Source: Armatimonadota bacterium (GTDB lineage: Bacteria > Armatimonadota > HRBIN16). Taken from it: a stretch of 64,000 nucleotides of DNA. The DNA is taken from positions 3,552,001 to 3,616,000 of the forward strand of contig OY781964.1 of assembly GCA_963677485.1 (NCBI GenBank), read 5' to 3'. A model generated the notes under the pieces. The model searched no databases, was not told the DNA's origin, and was given only the letters and a program-made list of their open reading frames with translations. Both the position numbers and the translations under genes were made by a program. Shown here piece after piece: positions 42,162-56,206 of this stretch. How positions within the stretch are numbered: position 1 is the stretch's first letter; each line of letters begins with the position of its first letter.

Positions 42162-44327
42162 ATGCGCATTTCTGAGATCACTGAGACGCCTCAAGACTTG
42201 CTGGAAGGTGCCCCAAAAGGCTTCAGCCGGTTCAGCTTCCCCGGTGGACAGCTTCAGGCACAACTGCTCAACAGGTACCTGTGGGATTTTTTCAAGAACC
42301 GGGCAGTCAACCTAAAGGCACCATATTTCAAGGAGTATCTTCAGATTGCCGACCTATGGCTGACTGAGGCTAATGAGCCCCGCACAGGGGTACCAATACA
42401 AGATACGCATGCAATTGAGCTCAGTGAAATATACCAGGAGAAGGACGGTTACCTGAGCAGCCATCAGGTGCCTAGCAGTGCGTATGACGCCGGATGGCCG
42501 TTTCCGGTTTGGTGCTACCCTCCCGGCTTCGAGGGGCATACCGTAGCCTGGAACTGGTGTGGTCCATACGGTCTGCCGGCCTTGTTCGTGGACTGGCAGC
42601 GGGCTCCTTATACAGGAGAAGGTGCCATCAAGGGCTGGAGCTTCCAGAACATGGAGAACGGCGGCATCACTGGCGGACACTGGCTGCTGAAGAGCACAGG
42701 GGCTGCCCCGAGTATGACCAGCCCGGAAGGTATGGAGTTCGACTCGTTCTGTACGCCATTTATCCAACTGCGCGGAATCTGTCAGACAGATATCCCGCTG
42801 ATGGCGGATGCCGTGCTGCAATGGCGGCGTGAAGGCGACAAGGGCTTCAGCACGCAGCGGCAGGTGGCCTTCGAGATCGACCCAGATAATCTGAAGGAAC
42901 CAGGTGTGAACGCGGTCACGGGCACGAACCACCTGCTCGCCAGGCTGCACCAACACCCGCAGTACAGCGGCAAGATCGCCCAGCTCCGAGTGGTGTTTAC
43001 ACCAAAGGACGTTCGCAATGATTACTGGCTGCACGAGTTTTTCACTGTTTATGACACCCGACACCCCATTAACTGCCCGATCTTCATCATCGCATCGTGG
43101 ATGCAGTATCAATGGTCGGGCGATGTGGGGTTTCTGCGCAAGAACGTGCTTCGCATGCGCAAGGCGCTCGCATGGCAGCAGCGTGAGTTTCATACGCTGA
43201 AGATGAACCATGTGCGGAACACCCTCACAGGTCATGATGGGCTGCCTGGGTTCACCAACCTTCCCGGTGGGAAGAAGCGCATCGAGTTCGGCCACGGCAT
43301 CGGCAATAACTACTTCGACATCTGCCCGTTTGGCTACGATGACCCCTACGCCACATCGCAGTATTATAAGAGCGCACTGGTGATCGCGGAGATGGAAGAG
43401 GCGATAGCCCAACATCCTGAATGGCGCATCGACCCTACTGAGGCCTGCAATCCGCGGCAGTTGCGTTCCCACGCGGCGAAAGTCAAGGATGTGATGAACC
43501 GCAAGTTCTGGGATGAGAAGAAGGGCCGTTTTATCGCCTGCATCGACCAGAACGGCAAAAAGTGGGACTACGGCTATACCTTCCTCAACATCGAGGCGAT
43601 CAACTACGGCATCGCGTCACCAGAACACGCCAGGCGCATCATACAGTGGCTGGATGGTGACATCACCATACCGGGCGAAACATCCACGGGTAAGGATATC
43701 TATGCCTGGCGGTTTGGCCCCAGAATATCGACCGTGCGCAACACGGAGTGGTACGGTCAGGGTTGGTTTGCCCCAGAGAACGTGCCGTGGGGCACTCAGG
43801 TGCAGGACGGCGGCGGTGTGCTGGGTTTCAGCTACTTCGATATCATCGCCCGCCTTCGTTCTGCCGGAGCTGATAACGCCTGGAAGCGGCTTCAAGAGAT
43901 ACTTCAGTGGGAAAAAGAAGTGCGTGACGCTGGCGGATACCGCGAATATTACAAGAAACTCGGTGTCACCCTGCAGGGCGGAGGTACTGCCGGCGGCATC
44001 GGTGTCGACTTTGAGTTCCTCGAGAGCAGCATGCTGCCGGCTGTGATACCGCTTGGCTTCATGGGTTTACGTCCAAATGGTGAGGAGCTGGCGATCAATC
44101 CGCAAATGCCAGCAGCACAGCCGGAGATGGCACTCCATGGGTTGCGGTTCCGAGATGCAGAGCTGGATGTTCAGTGCAGCAACACGCAGATCGTGCTTCG
44201 CTTGCGCAAGCGGGGCGGCCAACCCGTGATCGTGCGCCTGCCCGAGGGCTGGAAAGACCAGCAGGGGCGGAAGCTCTCGACGGCCCGGCTGTTCGCTGAG
44301 GGTGTTTACGGGTTTAGTAAGGGGTAG
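42162..44327 (+). CDS. putative six-hairpin glycosidase-like protein (paralog 1, no signal peptide)
   Basis: 721 aa. YQWSGDVGFLRKN, NYFDI..FGYDDPY, KFWDEKKGRFIACID, VQDGG motifs typical of (alpha/alpha)6 glycosidases. Confidence 0.6.
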   Translation: MRISEITETPQDLLEGAPKGFSRFSFPGGQLQAQLLNRYLWDFFKNRAVNLKAPYFKEYLQIADLWLTEANEPRTGVPIQDTHAIELSEIYQEKDGYLSSHQVPSSAYDAGWPFPVWCYPPGFEGHTVAWNWCGPYGLPALFVDWQRAPYTGEGAIKGWSFQNMENGGITGGHWLLKSTGAAPSMTSPEGMEFDSFCTPFIQLRGICQTDIPLMADAVLQWRREGDKGFSTQRQVAFEIDPDNLKEPGVNAVTGTNHLLARLHQHPQYSGKIAQLRVVFTPKDVRNDYWLHEFFTVYDTRHPINCPIFIIASWMQYQWSGDVGFLRKNVLRMRKALAWQQREFHTLKMNHVRNTLTGHDGLPGFTNLPGGKKRIEFGHGIGNNYFDICPFGYDDPYATSQYYKSALVIAEMEEAIAQHPEWRIDPTEACNPRQLRSHAAKVKDVMNRKFWDEKKGRFIACIDQNGKKWDYGYTFLNIEAINYGIASPEHARRIIQWLDGDITIPGETSTGKDIYAWRFGPRISTVRNTEWYGQGWFAPENVPWGTQVQDGGGVLGFSYFDIIARLRSAGADNAWKRLQEILQWEKEVRDAGGYREYYKKLGVTLQGGGTAGGIGVDFEFLESSMLPAVIPLGFMGLRPNGEELAINPQMPAAQPEMALHGLRFRDAELDVQCSNTQIVLRLRKRGGQPVIVRLPEGWKDQQGRKLSTARLFAEGVYGFSKG

Positions 44328-44412
44328 GGGAGATGCGTTGATGGCAGTGTTTGTCTGCCCTCAATGCCCTTGATGGCTATAATAAAACACCACACCTGCA
44401 GAAGGAGACATC

Positions 44413-46584
44413 ATGCCCAGGCCTGAGATAATACCCGCACCGACCGACTTGATGGAAGGGGCCCCCACAGGCTTCAGCCGGTTCAGCTTCCCGGGAGGGC
44501 AGCTTCAGGCGCAACTGCTGAACAGGTATCTGTGGGACTTCTTCAGGAACCGTGCGGTGAATGTAAAGGCCCCATACTATAAGGAGTACCTTCAGATTGC
44601 GGACCTCTGGCTGACGGAGGCTAACGAACCGCATACGGGTGTGCCCATCCAGCAGACCCACGCCACAGAACTGAGCGAGATATTTCAGGATGTGGACGGC
44701 TACCTGAGCAGTCACCAGGTGCTAAGCTGTGCTCATGACTTGGGTTGGCCTTTCCCTGTGTGGTGCTGGCCCGATGGATTTTCGGGTCATGCGACTGCCT
44801 GGAATTGGAGTGGTCCTTACGGCCTGCCTGCGCTGTTTCCTAACTGGAAACTGCCCGATTCGCCTTTCATTGGCGAACAGGCGCTGATGGGCTGGACCAC
44901 CCAGAACATGAAAAGCCGAGGTATCGTGGACAATCACTGGGAGCTGGAGGGCACAGGTTCATCGCCCAGCATCACCTCACCCGAAGGCTGGATCATTGAC
45001 GCCTTCTGCGCGCCGTTCACTCAGCTCAGAGGCGTATGCGCCACGGATGAAGCGGGCATGTCAGGGGTGGTGCTGCAATGGCAGCGCAAGGGTGACCGCG
45101 ATTTTAGTTCAGATCGTGAAGTGCCCATGGTGGTCGGCAAGGACAACCTGAACGCGCAGGGACTGAACTACATGACAGACGACCACCACTTGACCGCCAC
45201 ACTGCATCGACATCCATTATATAAGGGTAAAATCAAACGGCTTCGGGTGGTCTTCACAAAAACCGATGGCCGTGAGACTTATTGTCTGAACAACCTGTTC
45301 ACCGCATACGACACCCGGCACCCCATCAACTGTCCGATATTCATCATCTCTTGCTGGATGCAATACCAGTGGACCGGCGATGTGGATTTCCTGCGGATGA
45401 ACGCGCTTCGGATGCGCCGGGCGTTGGCCTGGCAGCAGAGCGAACTGAACACCCTGAAATACCAGCATGTGCGGAACACCATGACCGGGCACGACGGTCT
45501 GCCGGGCTTCAAAACGCTGCCTGGCGGCAAGAAGCAGATCGAGTTTGGGCATGGCATCGGGAATAACTACTTCGATGTCTGCCCGTTTGGGTATGACGAC
45601 GCCTACGCCACATCGCAGTATTACCGCAGTGTTCTGGTGATGGCTGAGATGGAGGAGGCCGTCGCTCAGCACCCAGAATGGCGTGTGGAACGAGAGAAAG
45701 CCTTCAATCCGCACCAACTGCGTGACCACGCCGCGAAGGTCAAAGTGGTGATGAACCGAAAGTTTTGGGATGACAAGAAAGGGCGGTTCATTGCTTGTAT
45801 CGACCAGAACGGAAGAAAATGGGACTTCGGCTATACCTTCTTGAACATCGAGGCCATCACCAACAGCATCGCCACACCAGAACATGCGAAACGCATCCTG
45901 GAGTGGCTGGACGGCAAGCATATCGTGCCAGGTGAAACCTCAACCGGCAGCGACATCTATGCCTGGCGGTTTGGTCCGCGCGTCTCCACAGTGCGCAACA
46001 CCGAGTGGTATGCTCAAGGATGGTTTGCGCCGGAGAACGTGCCCTGGGGCGGTCAGGTGCAGGACGGCGGTGGGGTGCTGGGATTCAGCTACTTCGACCT
46101 GCTGGCAAGGCTTCGGACCGCCGGAGCAGATAACGCCTGGAAGCGGCTACTGGAGATTCTGGACTGGGAGAAGGAGGTGCGTGACGCTGGCGGTTACCGT
46201 GACTACTACAAGAAGCTTGGTGTCACCCTCCAGGGCGGTGGTACCGAAGGAGGTATCGGCATCGACTTTGAGTTTTTGGAGAGCAGTATGATCCCTGCGA
46301 TCATCCCGCTGGGGTTCATGGGCTTGCAGCCGATGGGGGATGGGTTGGCGATCAACCCGCAGATGCCGTCCGCTCAGCCGGAGATGGCACTACACGGTCT
46401 GCTATTCCGTGGTTCGGAGCTGGATGTGCAGTGCAGCAACCAACAGATTATCTTCCGCTTGCGGAAGCATGGGAAGTTACCGGTGATTCTGCACCTCCCT
46501 GAAGGCTGGCGTGACGTCCACGGCCGCCAGGTGGGTTCCGCCCGGCTGTTCGCTGAGGGCGAGTTTGTGTTTACGAAGAAATAA
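44413..46584 (+). CDS. putative six-hairpin glycosidase-like protein (paralog 2, no signal peptide)
   Basis: Collinear with paralog 1, with long identical blocks. AAGGAG RBS. Confidence 0.6.
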   Translation: MPRPEIIPAPTDLMEGAPTGFSRFSFPGGQLQAQLLNRYLWDFFRNRAVNVKAPYYKEYLQIADLWLTEANEPHTGVPIQQTHATELSEIFQDVDGYLSSHQVLSCAHDLGWPFPVWCWPDGFSGHATAWNWSGPYGLPALFPNWKLPDSPFIGEQALMGWTTQNMKSRGIVDNHWELEGTGSSPSITSPEGWIIDAFCAPFTQLRGVCATDEAGMSGVVLQWQRKGDRDFSSDREVPMVVGKDNLNAQGLNYMTDDHHLTATLHRHPLYKGKIKRLRVVFTKTDGRETYCLNNLFTAYDTRHPINCPIFIISCWMQYQWTGDVDFLRMNALRMRRALAWQQSELNTLKYQHVRNTMTGHDGLPGFKTLPGGKKQIEFGHGIGNNYFDVCPFGYDDAYATSQYYRSVLVMAEMEEAVAQHPEWRVEREKAFNPHQLRDHAAKVKVVMNRKFWDDKKGRFIACIDQNGRKWDFGYTFLNIEAITNSIATPEHAKRILEWLDGKHIVPGETSTGSDIYAWRFGPRVSTVRNTEWYAQGWFAPENVPWGGQVQDGGGVLGFSYFDLLARLRTAGADNAWKRLLEILDWEKEVRDAGGYRDYYKKLGVTLQGGGTEGGIGIDFEFLESSMIPAIIPLGFMGLQPMGDGLAINPQMPSAQPEMALHGLLFRGSELDVQCSNQQIIFRLRKHGKLPVILHLPEGWRDVHGRQVGSARLFAEGEFVFTKK

Positions 46585-46607
46585 TCTATATCACATGAGG
46601 TGCATCG

Positions 46608-48887
46608 TTGGTGTTTAGCATGTTCGTCTCAGTCATGGCCGTCATCGTGCTCGCTGGTTCGGTATCGGCAGATGGCTCGCAGCCGGCGGTGAGCCCAGCG
46701 ATTGGGACCATCCCCGCCGAGTTCACTAGCTTTGAGTTTGCGGGTCACCAGCGTGAATCTGCGTTTCTGAACGGCTATCTCTGGCGTCATTTCAACTCAC
46801 GGCTGGCCGGAGGCGGGAAGGCCGTGTTCAATAAAGAGTATCTCACACTTTCAGATTTGTGGGTGGCGGGTGCCGTCGATAAGGTCGCGGAGAAGCCGAT
46901 TCAGGAGCTGCTCCGCTCAGACATCACCGACATCCAGCTCGATGATGAAGGCTATGTGCATACCCATCAGCACTTCTCCCATGCCCACGAAAACGGCTGG
47001 CCATTTCCGCTTTGGACGCAAGCAGGCACCAACCCTGAACAACTGAATGGCAAAACAGCAGGATGGCACTTCACACCGCCGCCTGCCTGGTCGCTGCTGG
47101 CCATCGTCACCAACGGATGGGATATGGCACGCTACTTCGGCGAGACGGCGATCCAAGGATGGGAACTCAGCAATTTACGCTCGCTGGGGTTCAAAGAGAA
47201 AAAGTGGCAACTGGAAAGCACCGGCCCGTCGCCAACTCTCACAACACCCAATGGCTCGGTCATAGATGCTTTTCAGGCACCATTTCTGCAGCTCAGGTGG
47301 AACCGCATCGGTGAGCCATCCAACAATGCGATGCCTTATGTAGAGTGGCTGCGTGAAGGTGATACGGAGTTTGGTGCGGACCGGCGCGTCTACTTTGGCC
47401 TGAAGAGCACCGATCTGTCCGAAATCTGTGCGATTTGGCGTCCTGACAGCAACCGCACCAACACCGCCGAATCCGGCACCGAGCACTGCATGATCGAGAT
47501 GTTTCAACACCCTAAGTGGCGGGGCAAGATCAAGCGGATGCGGATCGTGCTGGCTCCTGGCGAGTCGCACATGCAGTTCGCGATCGACTCCTTCTTCACC
47601 GTCTATGACACACGTCAATCGATCAACAACCCCCTATATGTGTTGAGTTGCTGGAATACCTTCCGCTGGACAGGCGACCTGGAGTTCCTGCGGGCCAACA
47701 TCAACAAGATGCGTGCTGCCCTGCGTTACGATCAGACGGTGATGGGCGGGATGGAGCTTGGCCACATCCGCAACCCGTGGAATGGCCACGACGGTCTGCC
47801 ATCCTGGACGACCAACCCCGACGGCTCAAAGCTGTTCCATTCGGGAAATGGTCTGGCTGATAATTACTACGATCTGCTGCCATTTGGCTGGGATGACATG
47901 TATGCCACCTCGAACTATTATGCTGCGACCAAAGCGATGGCGGATTTGGAGCAGGCGGTCATCGACCACCCGGGCTGGAATGTGTCTTGCGGGGCTTCGG
48001 CGTTCGATCCCGCTGATCTTCTGAAGCACGCGAAGGCAGTAGCGGCTGTGGCGAACAAGCGGTTCTGGAACAAACAGACCGGCCGGTTTGTGGGGTGCAT
48101 TGATCAAAACGGGAATGCACATGACTACGGCTTTACCTATATGAATCTTGAGGCCGTCTGCCGTGACCTACCGACCCCTGACCACGCAAAGGAGATCATG
48201 AGCTGGATATCCGGCAAGCGCGTGGTGAAGGGCGATACATCGACTGGCGCCGACATCTACAAGTGGGAGTTCGGTCCGCGAATGACCACAAAACGCAACG
48301 TCGAGTGGTATGTCCAGGGCTGGTATGAGCCAGAAAGCGTGCCCTGGGGCGGACAGATACAAGATGGCGGCGCGGTGCTGGGCTTTGCATATTACGACAT
48401 CATGGCCAGGTTGAAGACATTGGGACCGGATGATGCCTGGAATCGGATGAGTGAGCTGCTGGCTTGGGAGGCGAAGACACTGCCGTTCAGCAGCTATCGT
48501 GATTACTATAAAAGCGTGCCCGATGCACCCATGCAGGGGAGTGGGGTGGCTGGCGGGCTTGGTATCGACGTGGAGTTCTTTGAGAGTAGTCTGGTGCCCT
48601 CAGCGGTGGTCTATGGATTTTTGGGACTGGAGCCGAAGTCGGCTGTGTTGTGCATCGAACCCAAGCTGCCCGCGAAATGCCCTGAGATGACGGTCAGGAA
48701 CCTTCTCTACCATGGGGTTCGGATGGACGTGAGGGCCGGTAAAGGCTTTGTGGAGTTCACACTCAAGGACCGGCCTGTTGAGGGCTTGCGCCTGGAGTTC
48801 ATGCACGACCTGGCTCTGAAGGGCACCACCACGCGCGGGCGGCGGTTTGAGCTGCTCGAGCCGGGGGTCTACCGGTTCGCGGGGTAG
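46608..48887 (+). CDS. putative six-hairpin glycosidase-like protein (paralog 3, secreted)
   Basis: Same motifs (WTGDLEFLR, FWNKQTGRF, FGPR, QIQDGG), more divergent. N-terminal signal peptide. Confidence 0.6.
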   Translation: MVFSMFVSVMAVIVLAGSVSADGSQPAVSPAIGTIPAEFTSFEFAGHQRESAFLNGYLWRHFNSRLAGGGKAVFNKEYLTLSDLWVAGAVDKVAEKPIQELLRSDITDIQLDDEGYVHTHQHFSHAHENGWPFPLWTQAGTNPEQLNGKTAGWHFTPPPAWSLLAIVTNGWDMARYFGETAIQGWELSNLRSLGFKEKKWQLESTGPSPTLTTPNGSVIDAFQAPFLQLRWNRIGEPSNNAMPYVEWLREGDTEFGADRRVYFGLKSTDLSEICAIWRPDSNRTNTAESGTEHCMIEMFQHPKWRGKIKRMRIVLAPGESHMQFAIDSFFTVYDTRQSINNPLYVLSCWNTFRWTGDLEFLRANINKMRAALRYDQTVMGGMELGHIRNPWNGHDGLPSWTTNPDGSKLFHSGNGLADNYYDLLPFGWDDMYATSNYYAATKAMADLEQAVIDHPGWNVSCGASAFDPADLLKHAKAVAAVANKRFWNKQTGRFVGCIDQNGNAHDYGFTYMNLEAVCRDLPTPDHAKEIMSWISGKRVVKGDTSTGADIYKWEFGPRMTTKRNVEWYVQGWYEPESVPWGGQIQDGGAVLGFAYYDIMARLKTLGPDDAWNRMSELLAWEAKTLPFSSYRDYYKSVPDAPMQGSGVAGGLGIDVEFFESSLVPSAVVYGFLGLEPKSAVLCIEPKLPAKCPEMTVRNLLYHGVRMDVRAGKGFVEFTLKDRPVEGLRLEFMHDLALKGTTTRGRRFELLEPGVYRFAG

Positions 48888-48907
48888 GGGCGATTCGCGA
48901 ATCGCCC
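48884..48907 (+). repeat. GTAG-type REP overlapping a stop codon
   Basis: GTAGGGGCGATTCGCGAATCGCCC. Confidence 0.8.
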
Positions 48908-48974
48908 CAATGGCGAACACCGCCCCGGTTCAGGTAACCGGTGCGGTGTAGTCCGCTTGGCTTATAATGAATAG

Positions 48975-52851
<3,877 letters not shown>

Positions 52852-53193
52852 GAGAGCGGAGGTTCCTCGACCTGAATGGGTATTGGTATACCATGTGCTG
52901 TGACTTTGTGTCACCTAAATTCGTCAACCAGTCAGATCACCAGACTCGGTAATAACCGATCATTCTGCGTCTCTAGCATCAGCATCACCACACATTTTCA
53001 GCTTCCTTAACATCATTGGGTCCCATTGTTCAAATACACAGAAAAAACGTAGGAAATAAGTCAAGAATACATACAAGTGCCCTTGACGCTCACAATGTTA
53101 TTGAGGTAAAGTAATGCAAAGCATCGTATTTGAGGTGCTAATACCCATATTGGCAGGCATGTCTCTGCCAAATACTCGAATAGGAGACGGAAG

Positions 53194-53985
53194 ATGAAAC
53201 AGTCCACGAAGAGGTTAGTGCTTGCTCTTCTACCGTTAGTCGTATTACAACTTACCATGACCGGATGTGGAGGAGGAGGTGGAGATGACGGTTCGAACTC
53301 GTCATTCACCGCCGTGGAAACTCAACAGATTCAACAACTAGACCAAGCTGTTGAAACGGTGAAAAACAGTAGCAGTAGTGCTGAAATGATCGAGAAAATG
53401 GTAAATACGGCGAAGGCATGCCCTGGCGTTGAGAAGGTTTCGAAAGGATCTTACGGAATCAAGGTAACGATGACCAATGGGGTTACGACGATCTGGGATT
53501 TTTCACCGCTTGATAAGAGTGACATTCGATCATCTCATGTTCCACATCCCACTCGCGCTAGTCGGGGTAATAATGTGGGCACTCTTCTGTACCTTAGCCC
53601 ACTACATGATGTGAGCCATTCTGGCATCGCAGATTATTCCAATGACTACCAATCACTAGCATCATCCGCCAACCTAAACTTTCAAGAAATTGAGGGATCT
53701 AGTGTGTCTGTTGATGCACTAAAGCATCTACCTTCTGCAGACATGATCATATTTAACACACATGGGGGTAACTATGATGGTAAGGTTGTACTCGCAACAG
53801 GTGAAGATCCTTCTGCAAATACCTATTTAAATCAATATTACGGTGACCTAACTGGTGGTAATCCGCGACTTGTTCGATTACATCACGATTGGGATAGGAA
53901 CCATGGTGGCGCGTTTAGGTACTGCATCACTCCAGAGTTCCTCGACTATTATTATGGATCACAGAAGCTCAAACGCAACTCATGA
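53194..53985 (+). CDS. lipoprotein, N-terminal part of a putative clan CD (caspase/gingipain-like) peptidase-fold protein
   Basis: Lipobox MTGC followed by Gly linker. IIFNTHGG motif. Stop overlaps the next ATG (ATGA). Confidence 0.55.
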   Translation: MKQSTKRLVLALLPLVVLQLTMTGCGGGGGDDGSNSSFTAVETQQIQQLDQAVETVKNSSSSAEMIEKMVNTAKACPGVEKVSKGSYGIKVTMTNGVTTIWDFSPLDKSDIRSSHVPHPTRASRGNNVGTLLYLSPLHDVSHSGIADYSNDYQSLASSANLNFQEIEGSSVSVDALKHLPSADMIIFNTHGGNYDGKVVLATGEDPSANTYLNQYYGDLTGGNPRLVRLHHDWDRNHGGAFRYCITPEFLDYYYGSQKLKRNS

Positions 53986-55082
53986 TCTATACAGGCGCCT
54001 GTTTCGGGGCAGCAAATACAAGTATGGGGGATGCATTTCGACGCGCTGGGGCCTCTGTATTTATCGGCTGGAGCGATGCCGGAAATCATGGTGCTCAATA
54101 TGGTGCCCGATTCCTGAGTTATTTGATAGATGGCCGAACACTTCGGCAAGCGTATGACAGTGCCAAAAACGAAGGTATTACTGACTACCAGATCAAAAAT
54201 GAGGACACATGGTGGCCATTCGACTACTACCACCCAGAGTTGCGATTAGTTCGCAACGAAGACAGCACTGTCTGGGGATGGAAATTACCGGTTGCCTCTA
54301 CGACCGCGGCTCCTGCGATCACAATTAGCAGCCCGCTAGACGGAAGCTCGCAGTATTCACCTGTTATCCATCTTGTAGGGACTGTCAGCGATGCTTCAAT
54401 AGATAAGGGAACGGTTACCATTACAAACAATGGACGAAGTGTATCTGCTCCTCTGCTACTAGTTAATGGGGTGTTCGATGCCCGTGAAGCTATCTCGCCA
54501 GGACTAAACCGGGTAACCGTTTCTGCTCTGAACTCAGGAGGCGTCGGAAATACCAGTGTGAACGTTCGGTGTAGCTCCGCTAACCCAGTTATATGGACGG
54601 AGCTTGTTTGGGACACAAACGGAACGGATGTCGATATACACCTACTGAAACCTGGAGCATCGCTCTTCGATATCCCCGGTGATTGTTATTTCAGTAATAT
54701 GAAACCGGACTGGGGAGCAGCAGGGGCAGGTGATGATCCCCAGCTAGATATCGACGACATCGACGGATACGGACCTGAACATATCACGTTGAACAAGATG
54801 CCTACCGCTGGGCGTTACAGTCTTTGGGTACACTATTGGAACGGATATGGTTCTACCAAGTTTAATCTAGTGGTGTCGACTCTCACGGGCCTTCGCACAT
54901 TTGGTCCTTTTGAACTTAACTACTCTGGCGATCGGCAAGGCGAGGCTATACATGTTTGTGACATTGATCTACCATCGGGTAACGTTGTTGGCGCTGGCTC
55001 GCGATCATACTCTTCAGTGAGAATTGACGTGCCGACCCAAATCAAGAAGGCCATTGGCGCGCGTTTACCTGCAAAACGGTAA
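53982..55082 (+). CDS. C-terminal part: IYTGAC segment, Ig-like domain and YfaP/DUF2135-like domain
   Basis: MIYTGACF...GASVFIGWS. ELVWDTNGTDVDIH...LDIDDIDGYGPEHI...YSLWVHYW. Confidence 0.65.
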   Translation: MIYTGACFGAANTSMGDAFRRAGASVFIGWSDAGNHGAQYGARFLSYLIDGRTLRQAYDSAKNEGITDYQIKNEDTWWPFDYYHPELRLVRNEDSTVWGWKLPVASTTAAPAITISSPLDGSSQYSPVIHLVGTVSDASIDKGTVTITNNGRSVSAPLLLVNGVFDAREAISPGLNRVTVSALNSGGVGNTSVNVRCSSANPVIWTELVWDTNGTDVDIHLLKPGASLFDIPGDCYFSNMKPDWGAAGAGDDPQLDIDDIDGYGPEHITLNKMPTAGRYSLWVHYWNGYGSTKFNLVVSTLTGLRTFGPFELNYSGDRQGEAIHVCDIDLPSGNVVGAGSRSYSSVRIDVPTQIKKAIGARLPAKR

Positions 55083-55509
55083 TAATTTGTAGATCGATGT
55101 CGTAGTAAGGATGCGTGTATTTCTATGGTTCAGTTTTAGATTTGCTTTATCGAAGCTGAACCATACTTAGAAATGCATTAAGATTAGGTAATGCAGCCAA
55201 AGTAATCCAAAAGGTATGCTGTAGATCACCTGTCATGAATCGCTACAATGTCTTCGCTTCTGACGGAGTAGCTATGCGTATATGTTTCAGATAAATCACT
55301 AGAGTGCCAGTCCAGAACTACAATGGCAGTATCATATCGGTAAATCACAATACGTGATCGGAAGATAAATCGTTTATAATTTAGAGTATAGGGATACTGG
55401 GTATCTAACAACCCAATGCCTGATCTGTGGAGAGCATTAACTACCATTTCGGTATTTATTTCGTTTATCTAGTAATTGACAAACATTGTTACCTGTTATC
55501 ATACCCCCC

Positions 55510-56205
55510 CTACACCTCAACCCACGCGCCGGGGGTGGGGGTGAGGATATCCAACCCGGCGCCAGCCAGCGCGGCTTTGAACTCATCCTGAGTTCCTTGA
55601 CCGGCCCAGGTGCCGCTATGGATGGGCAGCATGCGCTTCACACCCAGCCAGCGTGTGGCGAGGGCGGCGTGCTTCGGACCCATGGTGTAGTGCCCGTCGA
55701 TAGGCAGGCATGCCAGATCGGGCTGATAGAGCTCGCCAATCAACTTCATGTCACCGAACAGGGCCGTGTCTCCCGCAAAATAAACGGTGGGTCCGGCGGA
55801 TACTTCAAGCACGAAGCCCACGGGTTCGCCAAGCATCCTGGAAGTGCCGTCGCTGTCGGTGATCGCGCTGCTGTGTTCGGCATGGACCATATGCAGCCGG
55901 TTCTTGCCGAGTAAGATGCTGCCGCCCTTATTGAAGCCTTTGGTGGTGACCCCGTTGCTGCCCAAATAACGGGCGACTTCGCCTATAGAGACGATCGTGC
56001 TTTTGTGCTGAACTGCCAGCGGAACCGCTTCGCCAATATGGTCGTTGTGGGCGTGTGTCACCATTATCCAGTCCAGCTTGTCAAATACGACGTCCTTGGG
56101 TGCATTGGGGTTGGATATCCAGGGATCGACCAGAATATCCAGCCCGTCTGCCGTCTGTAGATGGATGGCCGCATGACCTAACCAGCGAAGTCTATTGATG
56201 CTCAT
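55510..56205 (-). CDS. metallo-beta-lactamase-fold hydrolase (UPF0173-like)
   Basis: WLGHAA, VDPW, THAHNDH, AEHSS, YFAGDT, LPIDGHYTMGP. Confidence 0.9.
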   Translation of the reverse strand: MSINRLRWLGHAAIHLQTADGLDILVDPWISNPNAPKDVVFDKLDWIMVTHAHNDHIGEAVPLAVQHKSTIVSIGEVARYLGSNGVTTKGFNKGGSILLGKNRLHMVHAEHSSAITDSDGTSRMLGEPVGFVLEVSAGPTVYFAGDTALFGDMKLIGELYQPDLACLPIDGHYTMGPKHAALATRWLGVKRMLPIHSGTWAGQGTQDEFKAALAGAGLDILTPTPGAWVEV

Positions 56206-56206
56206 A

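Noticed and set aside
53983-53985. Selenocysteine or stop readthrough at the TGA
   Set aside because: The plausible continuation is in the -1 frame, not in frame.
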